From assembly GCA_964036045.1 (NCBI GenBank), contig OZ038378.1, positions 41,044,001 through 41,108,000 of the forward strand: a DNA stretch of 64,000 bases, written 5' to 3'. This DNA is from Eutreptiella sp. 'Long Island Sound 2002' (taxonomy: Eukaryota; Protista; Euglenida). The translations under genes were made by a program, and so were the position numbers. The notes under the pieces were generated by a model, which had not been told where the DNA came from, ran no database searches, and saw only the letters and a program-made list of their open reading frames with translations. Shown here one piece after another: positions 47,524-60,200 of this stretch (its first letter is position 1; each line of letters begins with the position of its first letter).

Positions 47524-50245
47524 ATGTCATCTGTAGCCCCAAAATCAAACACCAATGTGCCTGTGGCCCTAGAGCCACCCTCTTTATCACAACCCTCGCA
47601 GGGGTCCTCCCGAGGGCCCTAGTCAGCGGAATCCGCACAGCCGGGGCAACACGAAGGCCACTCCGAAAACAGTCACTCTAGCAGATGCCGTCCAGAAGAC
47701 AGTGGTGTTATCCCACAAGGTCCTGCGGGTGGATGTCAACCGCGAGCATGGGCAAATCCGGAAGGTCAGCGAGACCAGACTGAAGCTGCGGCTGGAGGAT
47801 TTGGCTAGGGTACCTCCCGTGGGGATCATCAAGGGACTGCTGGTCTGGCCTGACAATTATATGTTGCTGCACGTGCACCTTCACGTCTGTCGTTTGTGTA
47901 CTGGCCCGGGGACAAATTTTCTTCTGTTATTGCCTCAGTGGGTAGCTTCTGGATCATTGGTGGTCAGCATGTCTTTTGTGCGGCAAGGAGAGTGGCCAGT
48001 GAACGTGAGAAAAAGAATCTGGACCCTTTGAGATCGCAACTGGAGTTTGAGTGTATGGTTCTTAAGTGGGATACTCCCTTGCGCCAGAGGAGACGCATGG
48101 CCGGCCACTAGCAGATAGCACAGCTGTCAGGCACATGAGCATGCATGAGTGAGAGGGCAGTGCTGTTGATGGAGAACTTGGAGGAGCCTGAGAATGCTGA
48201 TCCCAGTCTCATTGACGTGTGCCGCCAGATGTTGGAGGATGCTGGACTGACAGCTGATGAAGGAAGCCTGGTGTGTGACTCTTGCTCTGATGCGCATTAC
48301 TGTCCTGGGCACGAAAAAATTTGGTTGTATACACTTTAGGAAGTCGTGGCACAGCGCTGGCTACCCTTGGCTAGAATGATTCAGGCAACTGGCTATACGA
48401 CAATTGATGGAATACGCAATTTCGAGAAGAGGAGGATTCCCTTGGCACTTGGATCATTCAAACCATTGGAGGGGCTCATTTGACCATACCTTGCACAGTG
48501 TGCCAGATACTTGGCGACTCCACGAGCTACTGTTGCAGGACTGGCTAAAGTGGCACGTGAATGCCAACAGGAAATGCGATGGGGCTGGATTGTTATGCAT
48601 CCTGACTGTCCAGAGGAGTTGGTTCACCCATCCCGCAGTATGTTGTGCAGGCATCCTGAATTGCACTATGAAATCATCGAATTCTGCTGATAGTGGCGAA
48701 ATTTCGCGTCTCAGGTGGAAACATGGTCCGGACACCCAGTTTTTCTCTATAACAGGAAATACATCCGAGATTGCTACCCTACAGCGTCATATCAAGGGGA
48801 TTGGTGCATTGAAGTTCCGCTGTGCAGAGTGGGTGTACACTAATGACATGCCTATGCCTCCCTTGGACTCTGTGTGCAAGGCCGAATTCTGGACATCCTC
48901 AAAATATGTAGACTTCAGGAGCCACCTGGCCAGACCTTGGACTTCCTTTGACATTGCCAGCTCCGAAGTGAATGTGGTTCACTTGAAGACAGTTTCTGGT
49001 TCCGGTGCAGATGATACTGGCGGTGAGCCCCCCTTTCAGCTTGGTCTTTTGAATCCTACTACCATTTTGAATACTACGGTGGTTGGGTTGCCTTTCACAC
49101 TGGCTGTCATTGAGGTTCCAAAGGGCTGGTCCATGGGTCTACCACCTCTTGCTATGCGACATGTTTCAATGGGGAAACCACCGGTGGTTGCTGGTGAATT
49201 GGCGGACGTTCGAATCATCATGAGCCAGCTGCAGACTCACGTAGCTGAGGAGGGAGTGAATCAGGTGAGTGTCATGGTGTACAACACTGGCAGCCGCAGT
49301 CCGAATTTCACTATGATGCAATCAGTGATGACAATTGTCACGTTGACTCCAATTCCAAGGAAGGTACATTGCCCCCTGTGAATTGATCCCCCAAAACAGC
49401 AAAATCTCACAATCGAGCGAAATTTCGCCACTCCCGCCATTTTGCCCAATTTGCACCATCTGTTTAGCTGCCGATGTATGTTACGTTCAGTGAAGGCTCA
49501 TTACCCAGTATCCTGTGTCCTGAGGCTGTTCAATGGGTGCTGAAGGTTCTGAAAGTCCCGATCAATCTTACAAACTAGGTGCTGGTGGGGTCTTGCTCTC
49601 CAAATCTGGCTGTTGAGCTTCACATTCGTCTCAAGGCGGAAATTTCGGTTGTATTTGGTTTCCTCAAAGCTGCGGTTGATGAACTACCTAAAGAAACTGT
49701 TGAGCTCACAACTGGTACTTTAAGAGAGGCTGACTCTCTGGCCCCAATCTATTGGGAGTTTGTGTTGCCACAAATGGACAAGGGTGTGCCTGTCCACAGG
49801 ACTGGAATGGCTTATGTACCTGATGACCCTGATGAAGAGGACTGCATGGATAGTATGCCGGACGTGGATGCCAAGCCCAAGGGAACCCCAAAGCCGAAAG
49901 CATCTAAGCCAAAGCCCAAGAAGGGGACGGCCAGCAATCCCCCCGGTGTCGAGGCAGGTGGCAGTGCCGAGCCCCAAGCAACGCCTACGAAAAGGGGCTC
50001 AATCACCCTCTGTTGAGGCTCTAGCGGCGCAAGATGATGAGGAGCACACACAGGCGCAGCGTCAGCAGTTGGTCACGCCACACAAAGGCAATACACATCC
50101 ACTGTTTGAGCCGAAAGGACAGTCACCGTCACCTGAGGGATTGGAGAACTTTGCGAATTTGGTGAGTGGTGGAACTGCACCAGCAGCCCAGCCACAGCGG
50201 CAACCTCAAAAAGGAACGCGTTTGGGGAACAAACGACGACGGTGA
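47524..50245 (+). pseudogene. Element B gene 2: spliced ParB/Srx-like protein with methyltransferase-like region
   Basis: HGQIRKVSE...GLLVWPD joins GSFWIIGGQHV across intron 47856-47938 (donor reads AT). Then WDTPLRQRRRMAG, KAEFW and AVIEVPKG, all matching A gene 2. GT-AG introns predicted at 48638-48714 and 49364-49490. Confidence 0.68.
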
Positions 50246-50925
50246 TTTGGGGTTGACTGCTATGATGAGACGATGGTGAGTGCAGAACCACCATCCTTTG
50301 AGCAGTCGTTTTGAATTTTAATTTGTGTCCGACTTTATTTGATTTGTTATTCGGACACACCCTTTGTGGGTGTTGGCACATGGAATTGCCTTTTGTAGGC
50401 AACGTTTGGTAATTTCTGTGATGTATGTTTGTGTATCGATTGATTATAAAGAGTTCTTTATGGTTCTAATCGTATGTCCGTGATATTGTGTATCAATCTT
50501 GTACTGTGGCAAGCAGGCAATGCACTGACAGTATTTCATACCTCATTATACTGCATTTTGCCAAATGTGGCGAAATTTCGCCTCTCAATGAAATTCCCTG
50601 AAAATGGGGGTCTGTTTCACCGTACATCAGTGTGCTGTTTCACAGAGTGTCATCTGTACACGACACAAACCCTTCAATGGACAATGCAATTTGTCCTTGA
50701 GTGCTATTTCTTTGAATTTGAATGCCTGTTTTGGATGGTTTGTCAGTGTCCTCAATTGCAGGCAAAGTGGTCCAAGTGGACAATATGGGGCAGGATTTCA
50801 GTCGAAAACTTCATACGTTGTGCGCTACGTGCAATTAGGGGGTAGTAATTCACTATTTTTTTCACCCCATGAATGGCCTTCATTTCGCAGACCCCCCCCC
50901 CACCCCCCGGGCAATTAAAGCCTCC

Positions 50926-52478
50926 TAAGAGTGCCGGCACAAATCCTTTGCCACGGCGGGACCCTTCAATGGGTTAGGGCCTTGATATGTACAATAGAGG
51001 GCATGCAACAGGCCCCACAGGTTCGCGATGGCCTTGTACTTGGCCGTGCTTGGCCTAATGCCGAGGCACCTAGCAATATCCGGCATGCCTCAAAAAAATT
51101 GGCCCTTTCTTCCCCGTCGGGGGAAGCTGACCCAAAAACGCTCCAACCTGCACGCCTCTCCGATAGGAGAATTTGCAAGTCTTGACGGAGCAAAGGGGTG
51201 GCCGCCCTAGCCTCCCGGACTACAAACTCCCCCAACAAGCGGCCCATGGCCATTGTCAAGTGCAAAATGCACAAGACGACCCAAGCACATGGCAATTGCA
51301 AAATCCACTCTCTATTGCAACCACCGGCTTGCAAAGAAGGCGTCCCAAGGAGGAAGGCCGTGTTGTGGGCTTCATCACCCTCCATGGTCCGCGGGATAGC
51401 ACTACCCTCCCAAGTCTTCGTTTGGGCGTTCCATATCCCCCCGTTGAACATGGAGCCCACTTGGGGGCATGTGGACACCCCGATCACCCTTTGTGTCCAT
51501 AGTTGATCCCCCCCGAGGATCACCTTTGCCTCCTCCTTGGAGGCCCCCCATTGGACGAGCCCCGTGTCGATGATCTCTTGAATCACCTAAGCACGAGACA
51601 TTGGGGGTCGTTCATTTCGTGGTACTCTAGTCTAGCCTAACTTCTAGCGAGCGGTGTCGCAGGCGAACTAGAACAAAACTAGAACGAGTGAAAGGCACTA
51701 GGTGAGAGGAGTACCTCCCAATTGCTCTTCCACAACGTCCCAAGGGTATCCATGGCCTTGTCATCGCAATTGGCCAAGCTCAACACCCAAAGGCCCGCGG
51801 GGGAGCGGCCCAGGCGGTCGAGGTTGGCCAAGGAGATGGTGAGTTGGGTCCAATTGCCCTCGGCCACGGGGTAGGCATCCCCCGAATGATGAATGTCAAT
51901 GGGATGGTGCGGTTGATTGACCGCACCAAGCCCGGCCGGGAGAGGATGTATTTGACCCATGAGGCGAAGGGCCATGAGATCGAGGTGGCGTTGGGCCACA
52001 CCGTGGCAACGGGGGGATCCAATTCCACGGGGGCGACCAACTCCTTCCAACGGGCTTGGAAGTCCCCCTCGTTGCAAATTGGACGGGAGTAGGGGCCACC
52101 GAGGACGGTGCGGTGGTACTCCAACTTACGGAGCGTGTAGAGCTCCGAGAAGGTCCTCCACGAGGACTTGGGGGCCCTCATGTTGAGCACAATTTCACAC
52201 ATGGTGGTGGGAAGGAGTAGGGAGGCGGTGCATGCCTCAACGGCGGCCTTCCATGCCTCACACGTGGTTTGGGTGGAACTGGCTGTGTTCACATATTGGA
52301 CGGCGTTGTTGAATTGCCGCCGTGCTAGGGGGCATGATAGCGCCCACGTGGCCAAGTAATGGCCCACCCGCTCATCCTTGAGGTTAGAAGCCCCACTCCC
52401 GGTTAGGTCCCGTAGTTCCTTAGACCCGTAGTTCCTTAGACAAGAGTGAAGTATCCTTCCTGGTTGAGGAGGGAGCAA
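50926..52478 (-). pseudogene. Element C transposase, N-terminal and central part (Transib/RAG1-like, insertion-domain DDE)
   Basis: IIRGDAYP (D1, across a frameshift), LGGDQLW (D2), VVLCILHLTMAMGR (CxxH). GT-AG intron 51587-51714 joins KSNWE to VIQEII in frame. Confidence 0.75.
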
Positions 52479-53019
52479 GGGGAGAAGTGGCGGGGCGTTT
52501 CATTGCAAAGAAATGCGGAATATGTAAGCGTGAGAGAAGGGACCATGGCACAATGCACTATGGCCAATAGCAAGCATGCACAGCGGAACAATGAAGGAAA
52601 TGGCACTTTCTGGTAGACATTGTATCGTTCTAGTATTGATCTATTCTAGCCTAGAACATCTAGTCTAGAAGTTCTAGGCTAGAACGAAATAGGGTCTTCT
52701 AGTGTGTACCAAGGGCTCTGCCTCTAACGCATCCCTGCCCCCTTCCTCATACATGGAGCTCACACCTGCCCAAAAATTCCGCGACACTTGTCAATGGGCA
52801 ACACTGTTTTGACCTGCTTTGGGAGTTGTTGGGTTGAGTGGCGCATGTGCTTTGTGTATCTATTGTACGGTGTATCACACCGCGTGCATCTGCATTCCAG
52901 GATAGCGATGCACTGCCGGCCCCAAGGGGGAGGGGCGGGAATCTGCTCTGCACTCTGAAGACCATCTGCCGTGCACCTGGGTGCGGGGGGGGGGGGGGGT
53001 CTCTCAAGCGATTGCTACA

Positions 53020-53580
53020 GAACCTGCTAATGCAATTTTTCACCTTGGGGGCAACTCAAAAATGGGAGTTTCTCAAACTTGTTTTCTTTTGATTTTGTGA
53101 CCACATAAAGTGACCATCCAAGCTATGTGAAGCATGTTTTAGGCAATATTTATGTTTTCTTCACCTTATATTGGCATTGGCTGCGCGGGGGGGTCAGGGG
53201 GGGAGGTCTCCCAAGGGATTGGTACGCATCGTGCCGATGGAGCTTTTTTCACCTTGGGCAGCTAAAAAATGGAAGTTTTGGAAACTTAATTTTCGATCTC
53301 GTGACCACACAAAATGACCATGCAACATATGTAAAGCATGTTTTAGGCAGTATTTATGCATTTTTGTCCCCTTATATAGGTATTGAGTGCGGGGGATGGG
53401 GGGTGTCCCAAGGGATTGGTACAGAACCTGCAGTTTTTCACCCCGGGCAGCTCAAAAATTGAAGTTTCCGAAACTTTTTTTTGATATTGTGACCCCGCAG
53501 AATGACCATCTAACCAATGTAAAGCATGTCGTAGGCAGGATTTGTGTGTTCTTCACCTTACATGGGCATTGTGTGCGGGG
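53020..53580. repeat. About 195-bp satellite, 3 diverged copies
   Basis: Same unit as 55520-57280 (TGACCATCCAAG.TATGT.AAGCATG...TTTTCACC.TGGGCA.CTCAAAA). Confidence 0.85.
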
Positions 53581-54319
53581 GGGAGGGGGGCTCGCCACCA
53601 CCCCTTACTTCCAACATGCACAGAGCGCAGCCCCACCGACGAAGGGCGCGCATGTACGCCAGCGGAACCGCGAGTGCGCACCAAGCCGAGCACGTGGGGG
53701 CGGGAGGACCCGCTTGAGCCCCCCCGCATTAGCAGCACGGGCACCCAAACCGGACGCCCCACCCCCCCCCCTCGCCCTCCGTGCCAGCTCAGGCGGTGGC
53801 AACATCCCCCCTGCGGGGCCCAGCCCAGCCAACCGACGGCCCCGCCAACCGGGTAGGGCGATGAAGCGCCCTCGCTACCGAAAGTTCTTTCCGGCATCTC
53901 GCGGGTGCTGGCTGCACGCCGCTCGCGGGTGGACCAACGACCCCCCCCCCCCCCCCAAGAGAGGGAGGGAGCTCCTCTTCATCGTCATTTTCCTTGCCCC
54001 CCCTGTCGTCATTGCCGTCACCGCCGCGGTAGTCCACCCGCCCCGCGTTCGTGCACGCGGGGAGGCAAGCCGCCTTGCTGGCCATGGGTTTCACACAGTT
54101 CTTCCCCTCGGAGGGGTCCGCACAGGAGGGTCAGCACGCAATGCGCCACGGGAGGGCGAGCTGGGAAGACACATAGTCCCGACCCGCTTCTCCCTCTCGG
54201 CCGCAGCACTCCCTAGGCGGGGGCCTTCATGGGGGGGAACGACCCTCCCTCCTCACCCCTCGTCCTCTATGCATAGCCGTATGGACATTAATCGGAGACA
54301 AACGTGAAATGGCCATTTC

Positions 54320-54990
54320 TTATGTTGTTTAGTGGCACCTGAAAATCACCTCGAAGAAGGTTGTTAGATCAAGTGCAGGTGCGTACGCCATATACCCCCC
54401 TTTTTGGGGTCATTCGCGTACGATTACCCAAGGTATGGTATCGGATGTCCAACCCCTTGTAAAATCATCTTTTTAGGAGAGAAAATGATCCCCCAATGAA
54501 TTTTTCGTTTTTGACCCCTTTAGCCCCCCGTACCCGGGTACCCCTTTTTTTGGGGGGGGGTGTCAAAACTTCTTTGCGTATTCGCCGTGTTGTGTGTGTG
54601 CATTTGGACCCAGGTCCGGGGCAACTTTTTTCTTGTACATGGACCCCCTAACCCATGGCGGGGGTCCTGGGTCCCAACTCCGGGTACCCCCGGTCGCCCC
54701 CCCCCCCCCTATGGGCCCTTGCTAGTGAGGACTTAGCCGCTTTCACGCTGGATGCAGTTTTCACGATTCATAAAGCTGTTTAGTGACACCTGCAAGATTT
54801 CCGAAATCACCTCGCAGAGGTTGTTAGATCAAAGCCATGCAGGCGTATCTAGGGGAAAATGCCACATACCCCCCCATTTTGGGCCTTTATGGGCCTATTC
54901 GGGCACCCTACCCCAAGGGGTTGAACTGTTAGTTGAACCCCTTGTAAAATCATTATTTTGTCCAATAAACACATCCCCCGATGAGTTTTT
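54320..54990. repeat. Diverged direct duplication (period about 470-480 bp), transposon-terminus-like sequence
   Basis: AAATCACCTCG...GTTGTTAGATCAA...TACCCCCC.TTTTGGG...AACCCCTTGTAAAATCAT occurs twice. Confidence 0.6.
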
Positions 54991-55519
54991 GGTCCGGACC
55001 CGCCAGACCCACCCCCACTTGAAACCCACTTTTCTGAGGTTTTAAGGGGGGTTTGGGGGGGTGGGGGGGTGGGGGTGGGGGTGAAAAATCGACCCCTTTG
55101 AAGCTTTTGAGGGAGCGGGGGAGGGTGGGGGGGGTCAAAAAGGTCTGAAAACCGACCCCCCCTTTTTTTGGGTCGAAAATCATGAATCTTTTTGTTTTTT
55201 TCGATTTTGAGCCGAAAAAATGTTTCCGGGTTGCGACTCCATGGGGTTTGCATGGGGCGGAGTGGGACGAGCGCTTATGTGGTTGATGCACTTTTGAGCC
55301 GTTTTTGCTTTGTTGCCGGTTTTGGCGACCTCGGTGACCCCCTGGTACCCACTCTGAGGGGTGTGAGTGGGATGTTGTGACAGCATATGCGTGCTAGGAT
55401 ACGGAAGGACATTTTTTGCAATCTCTAGCCTTGCTGTGAGCCGGTCACAACCCGTGCCAAAGACGCAAAATGACTGTTTCCACAAATAATGGCCTAGTAA
55501 ATGGGCTGGTAGACAAGCT

Positions 55520-57280
55520 GCTTATGCAATTTTTCACCTTGGGCAACTCAAATACCATGCCCACCTAATATGACCATCCAAGCTATGCAAAGCATGTTTT
55601 AGGCCGTATTTGCGTGTTTTTCGCCCTATCTGGGTATTGGGTCCCAGGGGGCGGGGGTTCTCCCAAGGGATGGGTACGCCACCTGCTGATGCAGTTTTTG
55701 ACCCTGGGCATATGCAGCTCAAAAATTGAAGTTTTCGAAACTTGTTCTTATGATATTTTGATCATTTAAAATGACCATCCAAGCTATGCAAAGCATGTTT
55801 TAGGCCGTATTTGCGTGTTTTTCGCCCTCTTTGGGTATTGGGTCCCGGGGGGGGGGGGGGTTCTCCCAAGGGATGGGTACGCAACCTGCTGATGCAGTTT
55901 TTGACCTTGGGCATATGCAGCTCAAAAATTGAAGTTTTCTAAACTTGTTTTTATGATATTGTGGTCATTTAAAATGACCATCTGAGGTATGTAAAGCATG
56001 CTTTAGGCCGTACTTACGTGTTTTTCGCCCTATTTGGGTATTAGGACTGGGGGTGGGGGTTTCCAAAGGGATGGGTACACAACCTGCTTGTGCGGTTTTT
56101 CACCCTAGGCGGCTCAAAACTAGAAACTTTTCGAAACTTATTTTTATGATATTGTGATCACGTAAAATGACCATCCAAGGTGTGTAAAGCATGCTTTAGG
56201 CCGTATTTACGTGTTTTTCGCCCTAATTGGGTATTGGGTCTTGGGGGGGGGGGGGGGGGGCTTCAAAGGGATGGGTACACAACCTGCTTCGGCGGTTTTT
56301 CACCCTGGGCAACTCAAAACTGGAAGTTTTCGAAACTTATTATTATGATATTGTGATCACGTAAAATGACCATCCAAGGTGTGTAAAGCATGCTTTAGGC
56401 CGTATTTACATGTTTTTCGCCCTATTTGGGTATTAGGTCCAGGGGGGGTCTCCCAAGGGATTAGTACACAACCTGCTTCTGCGGTTTTTCACCCTCGGCA
56501 GCTCAAAACTCGAAGTTTTCGAAACTTATTTTTATGATATTGTGATCACGTAAAATCACCATCCAAGGTATGTAAAGCATGCTTTAGGCCGTACTTACGT
56601 GTTTTGCGCCCTATTTGGGTATTAGGTCTGGGGGTGGGGGTCTCCCAAGGGATGGGTACACAACCTGCTTGTGCGGTTTTTCACCGTGGGTAGCTCAAGC
56701 CTTGAAGTTTTCGAAACTTATTTTGATGATATTTTGATCATTTGAAATGACCATCCAAGGTATGTAAAGCATGCTTTAGGCAGTATTTACGTGTTCTCCA
56801 CCATCTTTGGGTATTGGGTCTTGGGGGGGGGGGGGGTCTCTTAAGGAATGGGTACACAACGTGCTTCTTTAGTTGTTCACCCTGGGCAGCTCAAAACTCG
56901 AAGTTTTGGAAACTTATGTTTATGATATTGTGATCACGTAAATGACCATCCAAGGTATGTAAAGCATGCTTTAGGCCGTATTTACGTGTTTTTTACCCTC
57001 TTTGGGTATTAGGTCCGGGGGGGGGGGGGTTCTCCCAAGGGATGGGTACACAACCTGCTTCTGCGGTTTTTCACTCCGGGCGGCTCAAAAATCGAAGTTT
57101 TCGAAACTTTTTTTATGATACCGCGATCAATCAAAGGGCCATCCAAGGTACGTAAAGCATGTTTAGCCCGTATTTACGTGTTTTTCATCCTAATAGGATA
57201 TTAGGCCCCGGGGGGGGGTCTCCCAAGGGATGGGTACACAACCTGCCTATGCAGCTTTTCACCCTTGGCATCTCAAATAT
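55520..57280. repeat. About 195-bp tandem satellite, about 9 copies
   Basis: The ATGACCATC anchor recurs at 55771, 55974, 56167, 56366, 56555, 56747 and 56942. Length varies with an internal poly-G run. Confidence 0.95.
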
Positions 57281-57289
57281 CGGGGGCTG

Positions 57290-60200
57290 GCTCCTTTTCT
57301 CGCAGGTGCACCGCCCACGACCGTCGACGAGGGGGCGGTGCACAACCGCCCCCGTTCCAAGGGGCGCAAGAAGGGCGGTAGATCCGCCCAACCGCGCCAC
57401 TGCGCAGCAGGCGAAGATTGCCTCGCTCCGGCGCCGGATTGCGTCCCTCGAGGGCGTGATCAACACCCTCCGCCGCGAGGCGGCGGAGTCTCGGGGCCAG
57501 CCGGCCTCGACGCGCCCCAGGGCAGCCGCGGCGGCCCCGGCCGCGTGGACGACAACGGTGGCAACGGCCAAGGCCACGACGACTACCGCGAATGCAGCAG
57601 CCGACAAGACGCCTGCCTCCACATCTAAGGCCGCCGCTACATGACAGTTACAGGCTGTTCACGAAGGGTACACAACGGGCGGGGCAAAACCACGGCCGGC
57701 GTCCCAAGAACGCCTAGGCAAAGCAAGCGGCAGCAGTACCTCGCCTCCCCCCCCCCGCACTCCAATCCCCGTGCGTGTGGAATGGCACTGGCTTAGGCCA
57801 TCGGAGCCTCGAGCACCGTGACGGGTGCCTCTGCCGATCGGGGCATCTTCCCGTCCACCCATTCGCCTCCTCGCAGCCTTCTTGGGGAAAAGAGGACATC
57901 AAGACAACCCGGGGCAACATCACCTAATGGGGAGTGGGAGGCGTCGCGGAGGTGTCCGCTGCCCCGTCCCTCCAGCAGGCTAGCTCTGGTGGCGCGGCCT
58001 ACGCCTCAGCGACGCGATCTGCTGCGCGGGGGTCCCGGCGGGGCGCGGTGCGGGTTGTGACGGCCGCTGGCCGCACCAAGGCGGCGCTCCCGCCAATACA
58101 ACCCACAGCAGCGGTCCTCCGGGTCCTGCTCCGTTCGACGAAAGCAGTGCAGCCGCTCCGCCTCTACCAAGGTGAATCCCGGGCACCATCCGGAAATGGG
58201 GCATCGCCCAAATCACGCGAGGACGACACCCGGCTGAACGGAAGCAGCCCTCCCAAGAGGGAGCCCTCCGATGCGTGGCCTTGGTGCGCTGCACAGTGCA
58301 CGAGGCCCACCTAGCGGCTGCGGCCGCCCTCGCAGCGCATGATGGCGTCCAGTGGGTCACGGCGCTAGTGCACGTCTAGGGCGGCAACAAAGCGGCCCCC
58401 ACGGCGGCGACCCTGCTGCAGGCTCTCCGCCGCTCGAAGACTAGCCTAGCGGTGCCGGACACGTCCGTGCAGGGCGAGGTACCGACCAAGCGCCAACTTT
58501 GGGAGAGCGCCGACCCAGAGGTGGTGGACCCCGCACCGCCGTGGCATGTTCTGCAACTCGTTTGGGACCGTCTCCCGGAGGATGACGAGCGGGAGGCAAC
58601 TGAGCTATTGGACATAGATCCCGCGCCGCTAAACCCCCTGCCATCCACAGTCCAAGTCGGCTGCGTTCTGGACCCGGCGGTCGTGGCGGATGCCGACATA
58701 CGCTGGCTCCACCGGGGTCCTTTGGCAAGGACCACGCCTGGCGGCATCCCAAGCCGCTCATGGGGGCGGCCATGCCCCACCCCCCGCGCATCCCGGCAGC
58801 AGTCGGGGGTTGAAGGTCGAGGTCTCAGCGGATCTCCCGTCAGCGCTGGCGCCACTTGTGATGCGTGCCAGCGGCAAGGCCCGGGGTGTCCATTTCCGGC
58901 CTTGGCTAGTCACGGGAGCCGCCTGCTAGCATCCCGCGTTCGTCTTGTGGTACAAGCCGCGGGCCCTCCCCGCAGGTGTGGAAGACCCTTGCGGAGGACC
59001 AAGAGCTCCATTTGATGTTTGCGGTTCTAGTGGACGGGGGTACCCCGGGCAACGTGGGAGTCCGCGTCTGGGGGACCAAGCTAGCGGACCCCAAGGTGGC
59101 AGCGCCCATCGCTGGCCTGCTAGGCGCACGGGCCCCGGCGCAAACCACCTCTATGCGGGTCCGGGGCTACATGGCACAGCTGAGCCTGGCACTGGACGAA
59201 TATGCGTAGCTCCTGCGCTACGTCCAAGAGCCTCTCTGGCCAGAGGTGCCCATCCGCATCCACGGCTGCACCTAGCTGGCCCACAGTACCCTCGACCGGC
59301 CGGTCTTTGACCTCGAGCTGGAGGGGGCGCCTGAGGACTGGCAGCCTCTCCGGCTGGGCGCGCCTGACACCCGCCTCCCTGACCGCCTCTCGGAGCGGAC
59401 CACCCGCAACTCCTGCGAGAGGTGCTACCAGCCTGCGGGCCCCAGGGCCCGGATGACACACCCGGAGGGATCCGGGGAGGGCCAGCAACAGCCGGAGGCG
59501 GCCCGGGAGACCCTTGGACCACACGGGGGGTTTGGCCATGGCCAACGCGGAGTCGGCAGTGGTTGGCGTGGACCAGGAGAACGACGACATTCTTTAGTGC
59601 TCTTGGCCCTCCTCCTCCGGACCCTCTGCCTACAAGCGATGACCTGCCCACGGTGGTCGACACGGTCGCGAGTGGTGAACTGCGGGGGGGCGGCGACACG
59701 ACCACACCCCGTGGCACCCTACCGGTCAAGCCCGGTGCCGGTGACGGCGGTTCTGGTAGGGGCTCCAGCCCCGGCAACCCCCCCCCCCCCCATCCAAGAC
59801 ATCCCCAGGGACCGTACCCCTTGCCCGGCAGGAGGGTGTCTATACGCCCACACCCCATGCGGTTGCCCCGTGACGAGTTGATGGTCCTGGGTCCCCTCCA
59901 CGGGGAGGTTATCACCCCGGGCGGTGGCAGGGGGTCCTACGCCAGACCGGGGTGGTGGCGGTACGGCAAAGGGCACAGCCGCCGCGGCACTGCACGCTCG
60001 CACCGGGAAAGAACGGGACGGTGGCCAGGGACCCCCCCCCCCTGGGAGCAGCAGCGTCCGTGGGGTGCACAGGCAGCGTGTACCGCCTAACCGGGGAGCA
60101 AGGGGGGTGGGGAGCGCGGCAGCCGGAGGTGACGGGGAGCCCACACCTGAGCCGGTTAACCCCAGCGCCCAGCGCGAGAGATGCGCCGTCCGTGGGACCG

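Larger units (their letters stand above)
44527..50581. repeat. Dispersed palindrome GCGAAATTTCGC, 7 exact copies (extended consensus TGAGAY-GCGAAATTTCGC-CACTCC)
   Basis: Starts at 44527, 44600, 47142, 47210, 48696, 49417 and 50570. All lie within element B. Confidence 0.95.
44323..50925 (+). mobile_element. Element B: complete 6.6-kb TIR DNA transposon (DDE-like gene + ParB-like gene + dispersed 12-bp palindromes)
   Basis: 18-bp TIR GGGGGCCTTAATTGCCCG / GGAGGCTTTAATTGCCCG. TA on both sides (44321-22, 50926-27) in a CTTAAG target inside the C transposase. Confidence 0.88.
40756..52715 (-). mobile_element. Element C: TIR DNA transposon (Transib/RAG1-like transposase + coiled-coil gene), split by element B
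   Basis: About 43-bp TIR: CCCTTGGCACACGCTAGAAGACCCAATCTCGTTCTAGCCTAGA versus the reverse complement of 52673-52715, with 4 mismatches. CT flanks both ends. CTAG-rich motif at the ends and in the introns. Confidence 0.8.

Noticed and set aside
47856-48340. Degenerate B palindromes in two other B gene 2 introns (GACAAATTTTC, ACGAAAAAATTTGG)
   Set aside because: There are too many mismatches to distinguish them from AT-rich background, so they were not counted.
48404-49381. 325-aa ORF as a standalone gene
   Set aside because: It runs through a predicted intron (48638-48714) and belongs to the fragmented B gene 2.
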